A stretch of 62,613 nucleotides of DNA from Verrucomicrobiota bacterium (GCA_038209745.1 JBBQXJ010000017.1:1-62613); one strand, 5' to 3'. Shown: positions 28,546-39,338, counted from the stretch's first letter. Translations and numbers: made by a program. Notes: generated from the letters alone by a model not told the origin.

Positions 28546-29913
28546 ATGCTCCTTCCAGCCAAACGCCGCCGTCTTGGTCTTCCCGCCGCGCTTCTGTGCA
28601 CGCTCGCCTTGGCGGCCCAGGCGCAGGCCCCCGTTTCGGCCCCGAAGATCGACTCCGGCGACAACGCCTGGATGCTCGCGAGCACCGCGCTGGTGCTGCT
28701 GATGACCGCGCCCGGTCTCGCCCTGTTCTACGGCGGCCTCGTCCGCACCAAGAACGTGCTCGCGACGATGATGCAGAGCTTCTTCCTCATCTCGATGGTC
28801 AGCCTGCTGTGGTTTGTCTTCGGCTACGGCGTGGCCTTCGGCGAGGGCGGCGCGTTCTTCGGCAATCCCCTCCCGCATCTCTTCCTGCGCGGTGTGGGGG
28901 CGGCGCCGGATCCGGACTACGCGGCCACGATTCCGGCGCAGACCTTCATGCTCTACCAGATGATGTTCGCGATCATCACGCCGGCGTTGATCACCGGCGC
29001 GTTCGCGGAGCGGATGAAATTCAGCGCCTTCGTCGCGCTGATGACCGGCTGGGTGGTGATCGTCTATTTCCCGCTCACCCACATGGTCTGGGGCAAGGGT
29101 GGCCTCTTCAACTGGGCGCTCGGCGGCACCGTCCCGGTGCTGGATTTCGCGGGAGGGACGGTCGTCCACATCAGCTCCGGTGCGGCCGCTCTGGTCTGTG
29201 CGCTGGTGCTCGGGCCGCGGCGTGGATTCCCGCGCGAGCCGATGCTGCCGCACAATGTCGTCATGAGCCTCATCGGCACCGGGTTGCTCTGGGTCGGGTG
29301 GTTCGGCTTCAACGCCGGCAGCGCCCTGTCCAGCGGAGCGTTGGCGACGAGCGCCTTCGCAGCCACCCACTTCGCCGGAGCGGCGGGCGGGTTCGCCTGG
29401 TGTTTGGTGGAGTGGATGGAAAAGGGCAAGCCGAGCGTGCTGGGCGTGGCGTCCGGCATGGTGGCGGGTCTCGCGACGATCACCCCGGCTTCGGGCTTCG
29501 TCAGCGTCCCGTCTGCCGTCCTCATCGGCCTGTGCGGCGGAACCTGCTGCTACTTCGCGGTCACGAAGCTGAAGGCGAAGTTCCACTACGACGATTCGCT
29601 CGATGTGTTCGGCGTCCACTGTTGCGGCAGCATCGTCGGCATGCTGCTGCTCGGCTTCCTCGCCAGCGCGGAAGTGAATCCCCTGATCGGAAACACCTTT
29701 CGGGAGAACGGCGCGGTCGTCTCGCTCGCCGGCGGCGGCGCGCAGTTTGGCCGTCAATGCCTCGGTGTCGTTTTCACCTTTGTGTTCAGCGTCTGCGTCA
29801 CCTACGTCCTGTTGAAGATCATCGGCGCCACCCTCGGCCTGCGGGTGGAGGCCGAGGCCGAACGCTCCGGACTCGATGTCAGCCAACACGGCGAAAGCGC
29901 CTACAACGAATAG
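28546..29913 (+). CDS. amtB: Ammonium transporter
   Basis: PGLALFYGGLVR, QMMFAIITPALI.GAFAER, DFAGGTVVH, GWFGFNAGS, DDSLDVFGVH, GLDVSQHGE.AY. Confidence 0.97.
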   Translation: MLLPAKRRRLGLPAALLCTLALAAQAQAPVSAPKIDSGDNAWMLASTALVLLMTAPGLALFYGGLVRTKNVLATMMQSFFLISMVSLLWFVFGYGVAFGEGGAFFGNPLPHLFLRGVGAAPDPDYAATIPAQTFMLYQMMFAIITPALITGAFAERMKFSAFVALMTGWVVIVYFPLTHMVWGKGGLFNWALGGTVPVLDFAGGTVVHISSGAAALVCALVLGPRRGFPREPMLPHNVVMSLIGTGLLWVGWFGFNAGSALSSGALATSAFAATHFAGAAGGFAWCLVEWMEKGKPSVLGVASGMVAGLATITPASGFVSVPSAVLIGLCGGTCCYFAVTKLKAKFHYDDSLDVFGVHCCGSIVGMLLLGFLASAEVNPLIGNTFRENGAVVSLAGGGAQFGRQCLGVVFTFVFSVCVTYVLLKIIGATLGLRVEAEAERSGLDVSQHGESAYNE

Positions 29914-30045
29914 GCCGGAACGAGGCCGGGCGAAGGTCATCCGCACCCGGCAGTCTGGGCGCGTTTTCGGAGCTTGGAGTCTGGAATTTTCCCGCTCAGG
30001 CTCTTTTCCGATCCCCGGTAGTCTTCGGCGCATCGCTCATTCCCC

Positions 30046-30924
30046 ATGGCCACCGAAATTCCTGAAGAACTGAAGCTGGGACTGCCCCAAAACCTTTGGG
30101 GCAAACTTCTCATGACGACGCCCATCGTCATGACCGTGATCGCCACGCTCCTCGCGGGTCTCGCCTCGAGCGAGATGACCAAGGCCCAATACGACCGCGC
30201 CTACGCCGCGCAGCTCCAGTCCAAGGCCGGCGACCAGTGGAGCTATTTCCAGGCGAAGAAACTCCGGGGGGCGATGCAGCGCAATTCGCTCGAACTGCTC
30301 CAGGCCACCCTGGACATCCACCCGCTTTCCCCGGCCGTTCTGGCGAAGGCGGACCCGAGGGCGGCCGCTGCTCTGGAGCGGAACGAACTTCCGGCAGTCA
30401 CGGAATCTTCCATGGACGACCGGGTCAAGGCGGCGGTCAAAGCGCTGGAGAATTTCCAGACCGAGCCGGAAATCGCCGCCCTTTTGAAAGGCGTGGGTCC
30501 CGAGACGGTCGCATCCGCCCTGCAATCGGCGAAGCGCGCCGCCATCGCGTTCGACGTCGCCACCAAGTCGCTCACCAAGACCATCGACGAGATCCAGAAG
30601 TCATTGTCGGAGGACAAGTCCCTCGCCCACGATTTCGCCGCCGCCAAGATGGGATTCAATGCGGCTCGCTATGAGGCCGAAGCGCGGTTGAACCAGTCCG
30701 TCGCCAACATGGTGGAACTCCAGGTTCGTCAAAACAACGTGTCCGCGGAGCGGCACCAGGCCCGGAGTGGATGGTTCTTTCTCGGCATGCTGTCGGCCCA
30801 GGCAGCGGTGATCGTGTCCACGTTCGCCATGGCGGCGCGGCAACGAAACCTGCTCTGGACCCTGGCCGCCATCGCCGGGTTGGCCGCCGTCGTCTTCGCG
30901 ATCTACGTCTACCTGCGCGTTTAG
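30046..30924 (+). CDS. DUF4337-family membrane protein
   Basis: TM segment, QSKAGDQWSYFQAK motif, coiled coil, two C-terminal TM segments. Confidence 0.75.
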   Translation: MATEIPEELKLGLPQNLWGKLLMTTPIVMTVIATLLAGLASSEMTKAQYDRAYAAQLQSKAGDQWSYFQAKKLRGAMQRNSLELLQATLDIHPLSPAVLAKADPRAAAALERNELPAVTESSMDDRVKAAVKALENFQTEPEIAALLKGVGPETVASALQSAKRAAIAFDVATKSLTKTIDEIQKSLSEDKSLAHDFAAAKMGFNAARYEAEARLNQSVANMVELQVRQNNVSAERHQARSGWFFLGMLSAQAAVIVSTFAMAARQRNLLWTLAAIAGLAAVVFAIYVYLRV

Positions 30925-31025
30925 CGGGCGGGCAATATCAGGTCGTGTCGGTCGGCGTGCTCGGCAGGCGCCGAAGACAATCCGTTTGCCGTCCCGGTCC
31001 GCATTCCGTATCTCTGCCCGCCTCC

Positions 31026-31820
31026 GTGGAAAAGCTGCCCATCTCCGTGTGCTTCATCTCCGGCGCTGAAGAGCGCCGGATCGGCCGCGCCTTGGCCAGT
31101 GTCGCGGGATGGGTCGAGGAGATCGTGGTCGTCCTGAACGAGGAGGTCGCCGACGGCACCGAAACCATTTGCCGGCAGCACGGTGCCACGGTCCATCGGC
31201 ACACGTGGCTCGGTTTTCGGGGGCAGAAGAACCTCGTCGGCGAACACGCGACGCAGCCGTGGATCCTCCAGCTCGACGCGGACGAAGAAGTCTCCGTCGA
31301 CCTCCGCGCGGAACTGGAACTCTTCTTCACCGGAGACCAAAAGCGTTTCGCCGGCGCCTCCTTTCCTCGGAAGACCTGGTTCCTCGGCCGCTGGATCACG
31401 CACGGAGACTGGTATCCAGACCGCGTTCTCCGGCTCTACCGGAAAGACTCCGGCCAGTGGGGCGGTTCGGAGGAACATTGCTTCGTGGCACTGAAGGGCG
31501 CGCAGCGAAAGCTCTCCGGCGACCTTCTGCACTACAGCAATCCGACCATCGCCAGCTACCTGCTGAAGTTTCCCTACTTCGCGGATCTCTACCTGAAGCG
31601 GCAGCTCGCGTCCGACGCCGGGTGGTCCGCGCCCGCCGTCGTGGTGCGCTCGCTCTGGCGCTTCTTCCGTGCCTACGTCTTCAAGCTCGGTTTCCTCGAC
31701 GGTTATCCCGGCTTCTTCATCGCCTTCTCCACCGCCTACTCGACGCTCTTCCGGCACACGCGGCTCTACGAGCATCGCCAACCGGCGCTCCCGCCATGTC
31801 GCGAACCCGACTCTCGCTGA
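31026..31820 (+). CDS. GT2 glycosyltransferase (WaaE/KdtX-like)
   Basis: WLGFRGQKN, WILQLDADE, WYPDRVLRL, GFLDGYPGF; GTG start inferred. Confidence 0.9.
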   Translation: MEKLPISVCFISGAEERRIGRALASVAGWVEEIVVVLNEEVADGTETICRQHGATVHRHTWLGFRGQKNLVGEHATQPWILQLDADEEVSVDLRAELELFFTGDQKRFAGASFPRKTWFLGRWITHGDWYPDRVLRLYRKDSGQWGGSEEHCFVALKGAQRKLSGDLLHYSNPTIASYLLKFPYFADLYLKRQLASDAGWSAPAVVVRSLWRFFRAYVFKLGFLDGYPGFFIAFSTAYSTLFRHTRLYEHRQPALPPCREPDSR

Positions 31821-32593
31821 TCATCAGCACCTACAACCGGCCCGACGTGCTGGCCAAGTGCTTCGCGGGCGTCGATCTCCAGTCCACGCCGCCGGACGAA
31901 GTGTTGATCGCGGACGACGGCTCCAAACAACCGACCCGCGACCGGGTCGAAGCGTGGGCCAAGACGCGCCCCTTCCCGGTGAAGCACGTCTGGCAAGAGG
32001 ACGACGGCTTCCGCAAGACGGCGATCCTGAACAAAGCCGTCGCCGGCGCTTCAGGCGACTATCTGGTTTTCACCGACGGCGACTGCGTCCCGCACCGACG
32101 GTTTGTCGGAGACCATCTCGCAGTTGCGGAACGCGGCTTCTGGGTCCAGGCCCGACGCTGCTTCGTGGAGGAGAAGTTTGTCCCGCAGTTTGAACCCGGC
32201 CGAACCCCCGTGCTTCGTTGGATGCTGACCGGCCGGATCACGGGTGCTGCGAAGGGAATTCGCCTGCCCTTTCCCATCGTCAAACGCGACACCGCGCAGC
32301 GCGGGATCATCGGCTGCAACATGGCCGCCTGGCGCGACGACGTGGTGGCCGTGAACGGATTCGACGAAGAGTATTCCGGCTGGGGCATCGGTGAAGATTC
32401 GGACCTTGGCACCCGGCTCTACCACCTTGGCCGGCCCCGCAAGTTTGTCTACGCTCACGCCATCGTGTTCCATTTGAACCATCCCGCCGCGCCTCGCGAC
32501 CATGTCGGCGAAAGTCTCGCCCGCCTGCAGGGAACCATCCGTTCCAAACGCCTCCGCTGCGACCGGGGTCTCGACCAACACCTCCCGAAATGA
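31796..32593 (+). CDS. GT2 glycosyltransferase with a GT7-like C-terminus
   Basis: SLIISTYN, IADDGS, FTDGDC, GCNMA, NGFDEEYSGWG.EDSDL. Confidence 0.92.
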   Translation: MSRTRLSLIISTYNRPDVLAKCFAGVDLQSTPPDEVLIADDGSKQPTRDRVEAWAKTRPFPVKHVWQEDDGFRKTAILNKAVAGASGDYLVFTDGDCVPHRRFVGDHLAVAERGFWVQARRCFVEEKFVPQFEPGRTPVLRWMLTGRITGAAKGIRLPFPIVKRDTAQRGIIGCNMAAWRDDVVAVNGFDEEYSGWGIGEDSDLGTRLYHLGRPRKFVYAHAIVFHLNHPAAPRDHVGESLARLQGTIRSKRLRCDRGLDQHLPK

Positions 32594-33297
32594 GCGCCCC
32601 CGTGCAGGAAGATCAACTGGTCTGGGAATACTTCGGCCGAGCGACCGAAGGCTTCTTCGTCGACGTCGGGGCGAACGATCCCAAGACCTATTCGCAGACG
32701 TGGCTGCTGGAATCCAAAGGATGGAAAGGCCTGCTGGTGGAACCGCTCGGACGGCTTGCCGAAAACCTGCGCGCCTCCCGGCCGGCCAGTCGCGTCTTCC
32801 AGGTCGCCTGTGGCGGGCCGGGACACCCCGAGACGGCCGACTTCCATGAAGCGGCGGAAGACGGCCATTCGTCGCTCGAGCCGAACCGGGTGGATCCGGG
32901 CATCCGCTACATCCGCAAGGAAACCGTCCGCGTGCTTTCGCTCGACGAACTCCTGGACGAAGCCGGCACCCCGGAGATCGACTTTATTTCCATCGATGTC
33001 GAGGGCACCCAGTTCGATGTTCTGCGCGGCTTCACTCTAGGCAAACACCGTCCGAAACTCCTCTTCGTCGAGGACCATTTAACCGATTGGAAGACGCACT
33101 TTCTCATTCGGCGACAGGGCTATCACCTGGTGAAACGCACGGGGAACAACAACTGGTATGTGCCCGAGGGTGTGAAAGGTCCCGCGACGACGTTCGGTGA
33201 ACGACTGAAGCTCTGGCGCAAAGTATGGCCGGGCACTCCGGCCCGCCGGCTCAAGGCCCTCTGGGACAAGTTCCGCACCGCCCGCCGTTCGGCATGA
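32590..33297 (+). CDS. FkbM-family methyltransferase
   Basis: FFVDVGAND, LLVEP, IDFISIDVEG. Confidence 0.9.
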   Translation: MSAPVQEDQLVWEYFGRATEGFFVDVGANDPKTYSQTWLLESKGWKGLLVEPLGRLAENLRASRPASRVFQVACGGPGHPETADFHEAAEDGHSSLEPNRVDPGIRYIRKETVRVLSLDELLDEAGTPEIDFISIDVEGTQFDVLRGFTLGKHRPKLLFVEDHLTDWKTHFLIRRQGYHLVKRTGNNNWYVPEGVKGPATTFGERLKLWRKVWPGTPARRLKALWDKFRTARRSA

Positions 33298-34487
33298 GCC
33301 TGCGCGCGCTCCATCTGAACTCCCTTCTCACCGGCGGCGGCACGGACGATCAGTGCGCCCGCTTGGCCGAAGGGCTGCCGGCGTTCGGCGTCGAAGCCTC
33401 CGTGGCGGGTCCGGCTGGGCGGGAGTTTTCGCGGATCCTTGGCGAACGCGGTGTGCCCTTCGTCGCCACTCCCGGGGAAGGTCCCGCCAAGCTCCGCTTC
33501 ATTCTGGCCGCCGCCAAGGAACTGAGACGCGGACGACACCAGATCGTCCACGGTCATCACGGACGCGACATCTGGCCGACGATCCTCGCGGCGAAGCTTT
33601 CCGGCACGCGGCCCAAAGTCGTTCTCACCCGCCACATGGCCAAGAGCCCCAGCTCGTGGCCGAGCCGACGATTTCTCCTTGGGCAATGCGACGTCTTGAT
33701 CGCGGTCTCCGGGTTCACGGCGGACGTGCTGCGGAACGGGCGCTTCGAACCGGACTCGCCCAATCCCGAGCGCCGTTCCCGGCCACCGCTGCGGGGTGAT
33801 CCCGCGAAGATCCGGGTGATCCACGGCGGGATCGACGACGCGCGCTTCCAGCCGCTGCCCGATGAAGATCCACGGGTTGTGGCGCTGCGACGCGAATGGC
33901 GGGTGGAACCTTCCGACTTTGTTTTCGCCGTGGTCGGCGGCTATTCGCTGCCCCGTGGAAAAGGGCAGCGCGAGTTCCTCGAAGCCGCCGCCCGAATCAC
34001 CCATCAGATTCCACATGCCAAATTCCTGATCGTCGGACGCGGGAACATGACGGACCTTCTCCGCGAGGACATCCGCCGCCTGGGCTTGGAAGGACGCGCC
34101 GCGCTCACGCCCTACTGCACCGACATGCCGGCCGCGATGAACGCCATCCACTGCATGGTCCATCCGCAGGTCGGCACGGAGGCCTTCGGCCTGGTGGTTT
34201 GCGAAGCGCACGCCTGTGGCCGGAGCGTCATCGCGTCCGATCTGGACGGAATTCCAGAAGCCTTCGCGGCCGGCGGATCGGGAAAATTGGTTCCGCCCGG
34301 ATCCGTCGACGCGCTCGCCGCAGCCATGCGCGAGGTCGGGCAACGGCCGCCCGTCGATTGGGAAGAACGGCGGGCGATGCACCAAAGGGTCGCCGCCCGG
34401 TTCTCGCTGGGCGAGATGAGCCGCAAGGTGGCAAACCTCTACCGGGAGCTTTGCGCCGGATCAGCGACTTTGGGCGGCCAACGGTAG
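33294..34487 (+). CDS. GT4 glycosyltransferase
   Basis: VIHGGID, KGQ, EAFGLVVCEAHACG, DGIPE. Confidence 0.92.
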   Translation: MSLRALHLNSLLTGGGTDDQCARLAEGLPAFGVEASVAGPAGREFSRILGERGVPFVATPGEGPAKLRFILAAAKELRRGRHQIVHGHHGRDIWPTILAAKLSGTRPKVVLTRHMAKSPSSWPSRRFLLGQCDVLIAVSGFTADVLRNGRFEPDSPNPERRSRPPLRGDPAKIRVIHGGIDDARFQPLPDEDPRVVALRREWRVEPSDFVFAVVGGYSLPRGKGQREFLEAAARITHQIPHAKFLIVGRGNMTDLLREDIRRLGLEGRAALTPYCTDMPAAMNAIHCMVHPQVGTEAFGLVVCEAHACGRSVIASDLDGIPEAFAAGGSGKLVPPGSVDALAAAMREVGQRPPVDWEERRAMHQRVAARFSLGEMSRKVANLYRELCAGSATLGGQR

Positions 34488-35399
34488 CACTTTCTCGTTG
34501 AGGAACCGGACCCCGATCTCCGGATAGAAGTGGACGGGATCGGTCTTGTAGAAATTGGTCCGCGCGCTGAGGGCGCTGTGGGTCAGATCGACGACGCCTG
34601 GGAAGATCGCGCGAACCGCCTTCACGGCGTTGCTCCACTCGGTGGCGGCGGCCCCGGTCTCCAACCCGGGAAGGATGTCCTCTTCGACCGGGCTCAGGTA
34701 GGGCAGGAGCTCCGCTCCACGCTCGCGAACCAGCGAATCGATCGCCCTCAGTTCTTCGACCCGGCGCGGGTCGAAGCGGAATGCTGCGAGCCGTTCGATC
34801 TGCGAATTTCGCTGGCTGCGTTGCCACGCTTCGTCGTCCACGTCTCGCTGGGCCTTCCACTCGTCGGAGGCCGTGGTGCCGTCTGGAAGGTAGCTGCCGG
34901 CTTTCCCCGCGATCCGACTGGTGATCGTCTTCGCGGAATACTCCAGCGCTTTGAGGCTGGCGAGATAGCTGCCGAGCATCTTGGGGCCCAGCGGATCAAA
35001 GGCCTCGGTCGGGATGCGATCCGATTCCGAGCCGAGCGTGAAGGGATCGAGGTTCAGGAGAACGAGCTTTTGGCCCTGCAGGTTGCGCTCGAGAAAGAGG
35101 CGGATCTCCGCAAGGTTCGCCCCTTCAAACGCGGCGTTGAAGAATCTGCCTCCTGCAAGACGCGCCACCGGCAGCATCGCCGCGCGGCTGTTGCCGAGCA
35201 GGAGGGCGTCATGTGGAAAGCGCTTCGCCTCCGTCAGCTTGAACTCGCGCGACGCGGAGATGTAGACGCCCAGCCGGTTCAGACCGAAGCGATCCCACGG
35301 ATCGACGAACAGGTTGATCGACACCGTCAGCACGAGGATGCCGGCGACGATCCAGGCGAAGCGCCGCAGAAAGTTTCGTCCTCCGCCCTGGCTCTTCAT
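34461..35399 (-). CDS. SGNH-like periplasmic partner of the MBOAT (AlgJ/DltD-like)
   Basis: N-terminal TM anchor, LLLGNSRA, C-terminal DPVH (DxxH); directly follows the MBOAT gene. Confidence 0.72.
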   Translation of the reverse strand: MKSQGGGRNFLRRFAWIVAGILVLTVSINLFVDPWDRFGLNRLGVYISASREFKLTEAKRFPHDALLLGNSRAAMLPVARLAGGRFFNAAFEGANLAEIRLFLERNLQGQKLVLLNLDPFTLGSESDRIPTEAFDPLGPKMLGSYLASLKALEYSAKTITSRIAGKAGSYLPDGTTASDEWKAQRDVDDEAWQRSQRNSQIERLAAFRFDPRRVEELRAIDSLVRERGAELLPYLSPVEEDILPGLETGAAATEWSNAVKAVRAIFPGVVDLTHSALSARTNFYKTDPVHFYPEIGVRFLNEKVLPLAAQSR

Positions 35400-35404
35400 C
35401 GCGT

Positions 35405-36859
35405 TCAAAACTGCCAGTAGAGGAATTCGCTGACGTTGGAGAGGCTCAAGACACAGGCGGCGAAGAGCAACGCAAGCCCGCACGCCCAGAGGGTGTTGGG
35501 ACGCCATGCCAACCGCCTCCACCAGCCGGACCGGTCGCCGTCGGTCATGGTGTGGAAGACCAAGTTCTGGGAGTTGGGCAGCCAGCGAACCGCTGCGACC
35601 AGCAGCGCCGCGTAGATCCAAAAGCGTGGTTTGACCAGGGGTGGTCCCCCGGGGCCGGCTCCGAATTCGGCCAGTTTCGCGTAGATCCGTCCGGCTGCCG
35701 CAAGGTTGTCGGCTCGGAACAACACCCATGACAAGGTGACAAAGGCAAATGTCCCGCCCCACGCGATCGCCGGCGGCATCGATATCCTTTCGCCGGCCGT
35801 CTTGCGCCAGATGAAATTCACCGCCAGCGCCAAGCCGTGGAGAGTTCCCCAGACGACAAAGGTCCAGTTCGCCCCGTGCCACAGACCGGCGATGGCCATG
35901 ACCAGGGCGAAGTTGAAACAGGCGCGGAGCTGGCCGACGCGGCTGCCGCCAAACGGAATGAACAGGTAGTCGCGGATGAAGTTCGACAGCGTGATGTGCC
36001 AGCGCCGCCAGAACCCGCTGATCGAACGGGCGGCGTAGGGCGAGTCGAAGTTGAACGGCAGCTTGACGCCGAACATGCGTCCCAAGCCGATGGCCATGTC
36101 GGAATAGCCCGAGAAGTCGAAGTAGATCTGGAACGTATAGGCGAACAACCCGAGCCAGGCATCGGCGGTCGAAAAATCCGCACCGCTGGCCGCCGCCGCA
36201 AAGACCCGGCTGGCCGAAGCGGACAGGCCGTCCGCGATCAGGACCTTCTTGGCCAATCCCAGCGTGAACAGCGTGACGCCTTCCGCCATCCCTTCGGAGG
36301 AGCACCCCCGGTTCTCGCGGTTGCGGAACTGCGGGAGCAGCTCCGAATGGTGGACGATGGGGCCGGCGATGAGCTGCGGGAAAAAACCCACGAACAGGCA
36401 GTAGTCGGGAAACGAGCATTCCCCGATGAGGCCGCGATACGAATCCACCAGAAAGCCGATCTTCTGGAAGGTGTAGAAGGAGATCCCCAACGGCAGAGCC
36501 AGCTTGAGCAGGGGCCAATCCGTGCCGAACAGCGCGTTGGCGTTGGCCATGAAAAAGCCGGCATATTTGAAATAGCCCAGCACGCCGAGATTGACCACGA
36601 GACCCACGACCAGCAGCAGCTTTCGGATCCGGTGATCCAAAGCCCCCCGGCCCACCAGGCGACCAAAGACGTAGTTGAACGTCATGGAGGCCATGAGCAG
36701 GAGCAGGAATCGCGGGCTCCCGAAGGCGTAGAACACGAGCGACGCCAGCAGCAGCATGATCTTGCCGGGAGCGGCCCCCGCCTTCCGCGCGATCACATGC
36801 CAGAGCAGCAAGGTGACTGGCAGAAAGACGAAGATGAATGCGTAGGAATTGAAAAGCAC
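35405..36859 (-). CDS. MBOAT O-acyltransferase (AlgI/DltB-like)
   Basis: LPLGISFYTFQ, FPQLIAGPI, FDFSGYSDMAIG, FWRRWHITLS, GLWHGA, ends EFLYWQF. Confidence 0.95.
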   Translation of the reverse strand: MLFNSYAFIFVFLPVTLLLWHVIARKAGAAPGKIMLLLASLVFYAFGSPRFLLLLMASMTFNYVFGRLVGRGALDHRIRKLLLVVGLVVNLGVLGYFKYAGFFMANANALFGTDWPLLKLALPLGISFYTFQKIGFLVDSYRGLIGECSFPDYCLFVGFFPQLIAGPIVHHSELLPQFRNRENRGCSSEGMAEGVTLFTLGLAKKVLIADGLSASASRVFAAAASGADFSTADAWLGLFAYTFQIYFDFSGYSDMAIGLGRMFGVKLPFNFDSPYAARSISGFWRRWHITLSNFIRDYLFIPFGGSRVGQLRACFNFALVMAIAGLWHGANWTFVVWGTLHGLALAVNFIWRKTAGERISMPPAIAWGGTFAFVTLSWVLFRADNLAAAGRIYAKLAEFGAGPGGPPLVKPRFWIYAALLVAAVRWLPNSQNLVFHTMTDGDRSGWWRRLAWRPNTLWACGLALLFAACVLSLSNVSEFLYWQF

Positions 36860-37041
36860 CGCGCGGGAGCTTCTGGCCGGGACGCCGGCAAACTCAATTT
36901 CATTTCTCGCGTGAAGCCGCTTCCGTGGTCGAAACCGTTTGATAAGTGTTTCTCCGCATCCTTAGCATCCGCCCCACGCTCGCAGTCATCGACCGGCCCG
37001 GCCGGTTCCGGCATGAAGCCGATTCCGGGCAAAACAGACCC

Positions 37042-37995
37042 ATGAGCCAGTCCGACGTCCCAGAATCCGCGCTCGCCGAGTCCCTTCGGCGGACATTCCG
37101 CACCTACCGGAACCTGTCGCTCAGTCCCGGACACGCGCTCCTGCGACGTTTGTTCCGGGCGATGATCGCCCGCCACCAGTCCATCCGCCTGCGCAACGGC
37201 ATCCGTCTGGTGGTGGATCTCGACAGCGTCGTTCAGCACACGATTTTCTGGATGGACGGCGACATGGAGGTGCAGCTGGAGTGGGCCGTCCGCGAGTTCC
37301 TGCCCGTCGGCGGCACCTGTGTCGATTGCGGCGCCAATTGCGGCTACATCGGGTTGTTCGCCCGCCGGATGCGGAGTGCGCGGGTGGTCTTTGTGGAGCC
37401 GCATCCCGTCCTGGCGTCGACCGTTCGGCGCAACATCTCGGTCAATGGCTGGGACGCCCACTGCAAGATCGTGGAAGCGGCGGCCTCGGACCGCGAAGGC
37501 TCGGCCCAGCTTTTCGAGAGCCCGGACTACGACGGCGAACATTCGCTTCTTCAGGACTGGGCTGGAAACCGCAAAAAGGTTCGTGGACTGGAAGTTCGGC
37601 TGACCACGCTGCCGAAGATTTTCCAGGAACAGGGCCTCGGCCGCATCGATTTCCTCAAAGTGGACACCGAAGGCCACGACGTCACGGTGCTCAAAGGCCT
37701 CGGTTCGGAGCTGCGACCCGATCGAATCCGGGTGCTCTACACCGAGCTTGGGCGTGATCGCGACGAGGGCATTCGGCTGCTGCAGGCCGCCGGATACGAA
37801 GGCTACGTCTACCTTCCTCGGCGCGGCAAAGTGGTTCGCCGTCTCGTCGCCGGCTACCGCGAAGACCGGCCGCTGATGCTCTTCACCCCGTTGTCGGAAG
37901 CGACCGAGGCACGTGCGGAGACTCTCTGGTTGCCCAAGGACGGCCCGGAGACCGCCCACATGGCCGCGCTCCGGGCCTTGGCCGGCGGTGGCTGA
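37042..37995 (+). CDS. FkbM-family methyltransferase
   Basis: VDCGANCGY, FVEP, IDFLKVDTEGHD. Confidence 0.88.
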   Translation: MSQSDVPESALAESLRRTFRTYRNLSLSPGHALLRRLFRAMIARHQSIRLRNGIRLVVDLDSVVQHTIFWMDGDMEVQLEWAVREFLPVGGTCVDCGANCGYIGLFARRMRSARVVFVEPHPVLASTVRRNISVNGWDAHCKIVEAAASDREGSAQLFESPDYDGEHSLLQDWAGNRKKVRGLEVRLTTLPKIFQEQGLGRIDFLKVDTEGHDVTVLKGLGSELRPDRIRVLYTELGRDRDEGIRLLQAAGYEGYVYLPRRGKVVRRLVAGYREDRPLMLFTPLSEATEARAETLWLPKDGPETAHMAALRALAGGG

Positions 37996-38063
37996 GCCTC
38001 GCCATCCACCCAATCCCGATCCTTGCCAGCTTTCGGCGCAGGCCCTTAGTTTCCAGGCCTACT

Positions 38064-38582
38064 ATGTCGGTCCAACCCACCATCCTGAACGTCGGCTGCG
38101 GCCCGGTGAGAATGCCTGGATCCGTCGGCGTGGACTTCGACCCCGAAAGCACGGCGGACGTGATCCACGACCTAGACGTCTACCCTTGGCCGTTCGAGGA
38201 CAAGTCGTTCGACCGGATCGTTTGCGCCCACGTCCTGGAGCACCTCCAGCTGCCTTATAAGGCGATGATCGAGCTCACCCGCATCGCCCGGCCCGGCTGC
38301 CGCGTGGAGATCGCGACACCGCACTATTCCTCCCCGGATTCCTGGGGCGACATCACCCACTACATGCACTACAGCATGAAAACTTGGGAGCCCTACTACC
38401 AACGCAGGGACGGCAAGGAGACCTTCGACCTCGTTTCCAAGAAGTTGCTGTTCAGCCGGGGTCTGCCGTCGCTGATCGGACGCGCCATCGCCGCGGTCTT
38501 CGGGTTGGCGTTCTACGAGAAATATTGCTGCTTCGTTTTCCGCGCCGGAAACATGGAGTTCGTCCTCCGCCGCAAAGGCTGA
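38064..38582 (+). CDS. Class I SAM-dependent methyltransferase (Methyltransf_11-like)
   Basis: LNVGCG, HDLDVYPWPF, HVLEH, DITH. Confidence 0.85.
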   Translation: MSVQPTILNVGCGPVRMPGSVGVDFDPESTADVIHDLDVYPWPFEDKSFDRIVCAHVLEHLQLPYKAMIELTRIARPGCRVEIATPHYSSPDSWGDITHYMHYSMKTWEPYYQRRDGKETFDLVSKKLLFSRGLPSLIGRAIAAVFGLAFYEKYCCFVFRAGNMEFVLRRKG

Positions 38583-38588
38583 ACCCGC

Positions 38589-39338
38589 GTGAGCTCCTCC
38601 GCCAACACGCTCCCCGGCCGCTGGGACGGTTACGATGAATGGGTCCGCCAGTCCGACCAGGTATGGGAATTTTTCGGCCGCCGCAAGGAAGGCTTCTTCA
38701 TCGAAGTGGGCGCCAATGATCCTGAGATCGGATCCCAGACCTTCCACCTGGAAGAGCAGGGTTGGAGCGGCATCCTCGTCGAACCGCAGGTGTCGCTCGT
38801 CGCCCAACTCAAGGCGCGCCGGACCCGGTCCAAGGTGGTTCACGCGGCCTGCACTTCCCGGGAAAAGTCCGGCCAAGGCGTGATCCATCTTCCGAAAAAC
38901 GCCTACCACGGTTTCGCCACCACGGATCCGACGGCCGAGGAAGAAGACGTCGAATTCGACCGTCAGGAGCCGATCACGCTCGTGACGCTCGATTCCATCC
39001 TGGAAGAGGCCGTGACGCCCGCCGTCGATCTTCTGTCGGTCGACACCCAGGGAACGGAACTGGATGTTCTGCGGGGATTCAACCTCGGCAAATACCGGCC
39101 GAGGCTGATCCTCTTGGAGGACCACGTCACGGCGCTCGACAAGCACCGGTATCTCCAGTCCGAGGGCTACAAGCTCGTCCGGCGCACCGAGCTGAACAAC
39201 TGGTATATCCCCGAGGAAGCCGCGCCTCCGAAACTCGAGCCCGGGGAAAGGCTGAAGCTCTTCCGGAAAGTTTTCCTCGGGATGCCCTTCCGGAAGCTCC
39301 GCGCCTGGCGACATCGCCGTCAGCGGCTCGCGAAATAG
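38589..39338 (+). CDS. FkbM-family methyltransferase (paralog of 32590..33297)
   Basis: FFIEVGAND, ILVEP, VDLLSVDTQG, NNWY. Confidence 0.9.
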   Translation: MSSSANTLPGRWDGYDEWVRQSDQVWEFFGRRKEGFFIEVGANDPEIGSQTFHLEEQGWSGILVEPQVSLVAQLKARRTRSKVVHAACTSREKSGQGVIHLPKNAYHGFATTDPTAEEEDVEFDRQEPITLVTLDSILEEAVTPAVDLLSVDTQGTELDVLRGFNLGKYRPRLILLEDHVTALDKHRYLQSEGYKLVRRTELNNWYIPEEAAPPKLEPGERLKLFRKVFLGMPFRKLRAWRHRRQRLAK

